Below, piece after piece: positions 63,686-64,000 of a stretch of DNA of 64,000 bases (positions are counted from its first letter, which is position 1; each line of letters starts with the position of its first letter). The stretch is taken from assembly GCF_004010195.1 (NCBI RefSeq), contig NC_057718.1:6767240-6831239 (forward strand). The letters run 5' to 3'. The position numbers were made by a program, and so were the translations under genes. The notes under the pieces were generated by a model, which saw only the letters and a list, made by a program, of their open reading frames with translations, was not told where the DNA came from and did no database searches. The DNA comes from Chiloscyllium plagiosum. Its lineage: Eukaryota.

Positions 63686-64000
63686 ACGAACATTCGGTTT
63701 GGATCTTAGTGCCAAATTTTGCTTTAATGCATCTGTGTAACACCATGGGATAGTTCATTACTTCAAGGGCACTGTATAATGTTGTTGTTGACTGCATTTT
63801 CAGGAAGTAGATTGAAGAGTGACCAGATCAAGGTGTTTAAAGTGTTAAAACGATTTAAAAGGCTTGTCAAAAAGGAGTTATTTTCTCTGATGTGGTGGGG
63901 GTGGGGAAGAGAAGAACAAAAGGACATAACCCTGAAATTGCCCTCTCAGCAGTGAGAAATACAATAGACAATAGGTGCGGGAGTAGGCCATTCTGTCCTT

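Overview
This is vertebrate nuclear DNA, almost certainly from a cartilaginous fish (shark or ray), inferred from about 14 HE1-type tRNA-derived V-SINE copies and CR1/HER1-type LINE 3' ends. The window is dominated by transposon debris: CR1 LINEs of several subfamilies, a Rex1/Babar LINE, a Tx1-like LINE 3' end, L2 relics, three SINE families, many Penelope-like pseudo-LTR (pLTR) fragments, a Gypsy LTR remnant and a pogo/Tigger-type MITE. I recognise no host protein-coding exon, tRNA or rRNA gene, and the longer recognisable ORFs are transposon or microsatellite translations. The most notable structures are: (1) minimal hammerhead-ribozyme motifs in Penelope pLTRs, several in fold-back insertions flanked by 8-16 bp target-site duplications (TSDs); (2) a 101-bp loop-less palindrome at 9450-9550; (3) a cryptic degenerate 48-bp array at 41406-41836; (4) a nested inverted repeat at 61552-62363; (5) a perfect (ATAGACA)66 array grown from a LINE tail. 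I cannot support a claim of a new multi-gene system. Repeat boundaries were set by eye (about +/-20 bp unless a TSD is given) and family names come from motif recognition, not from a database search.
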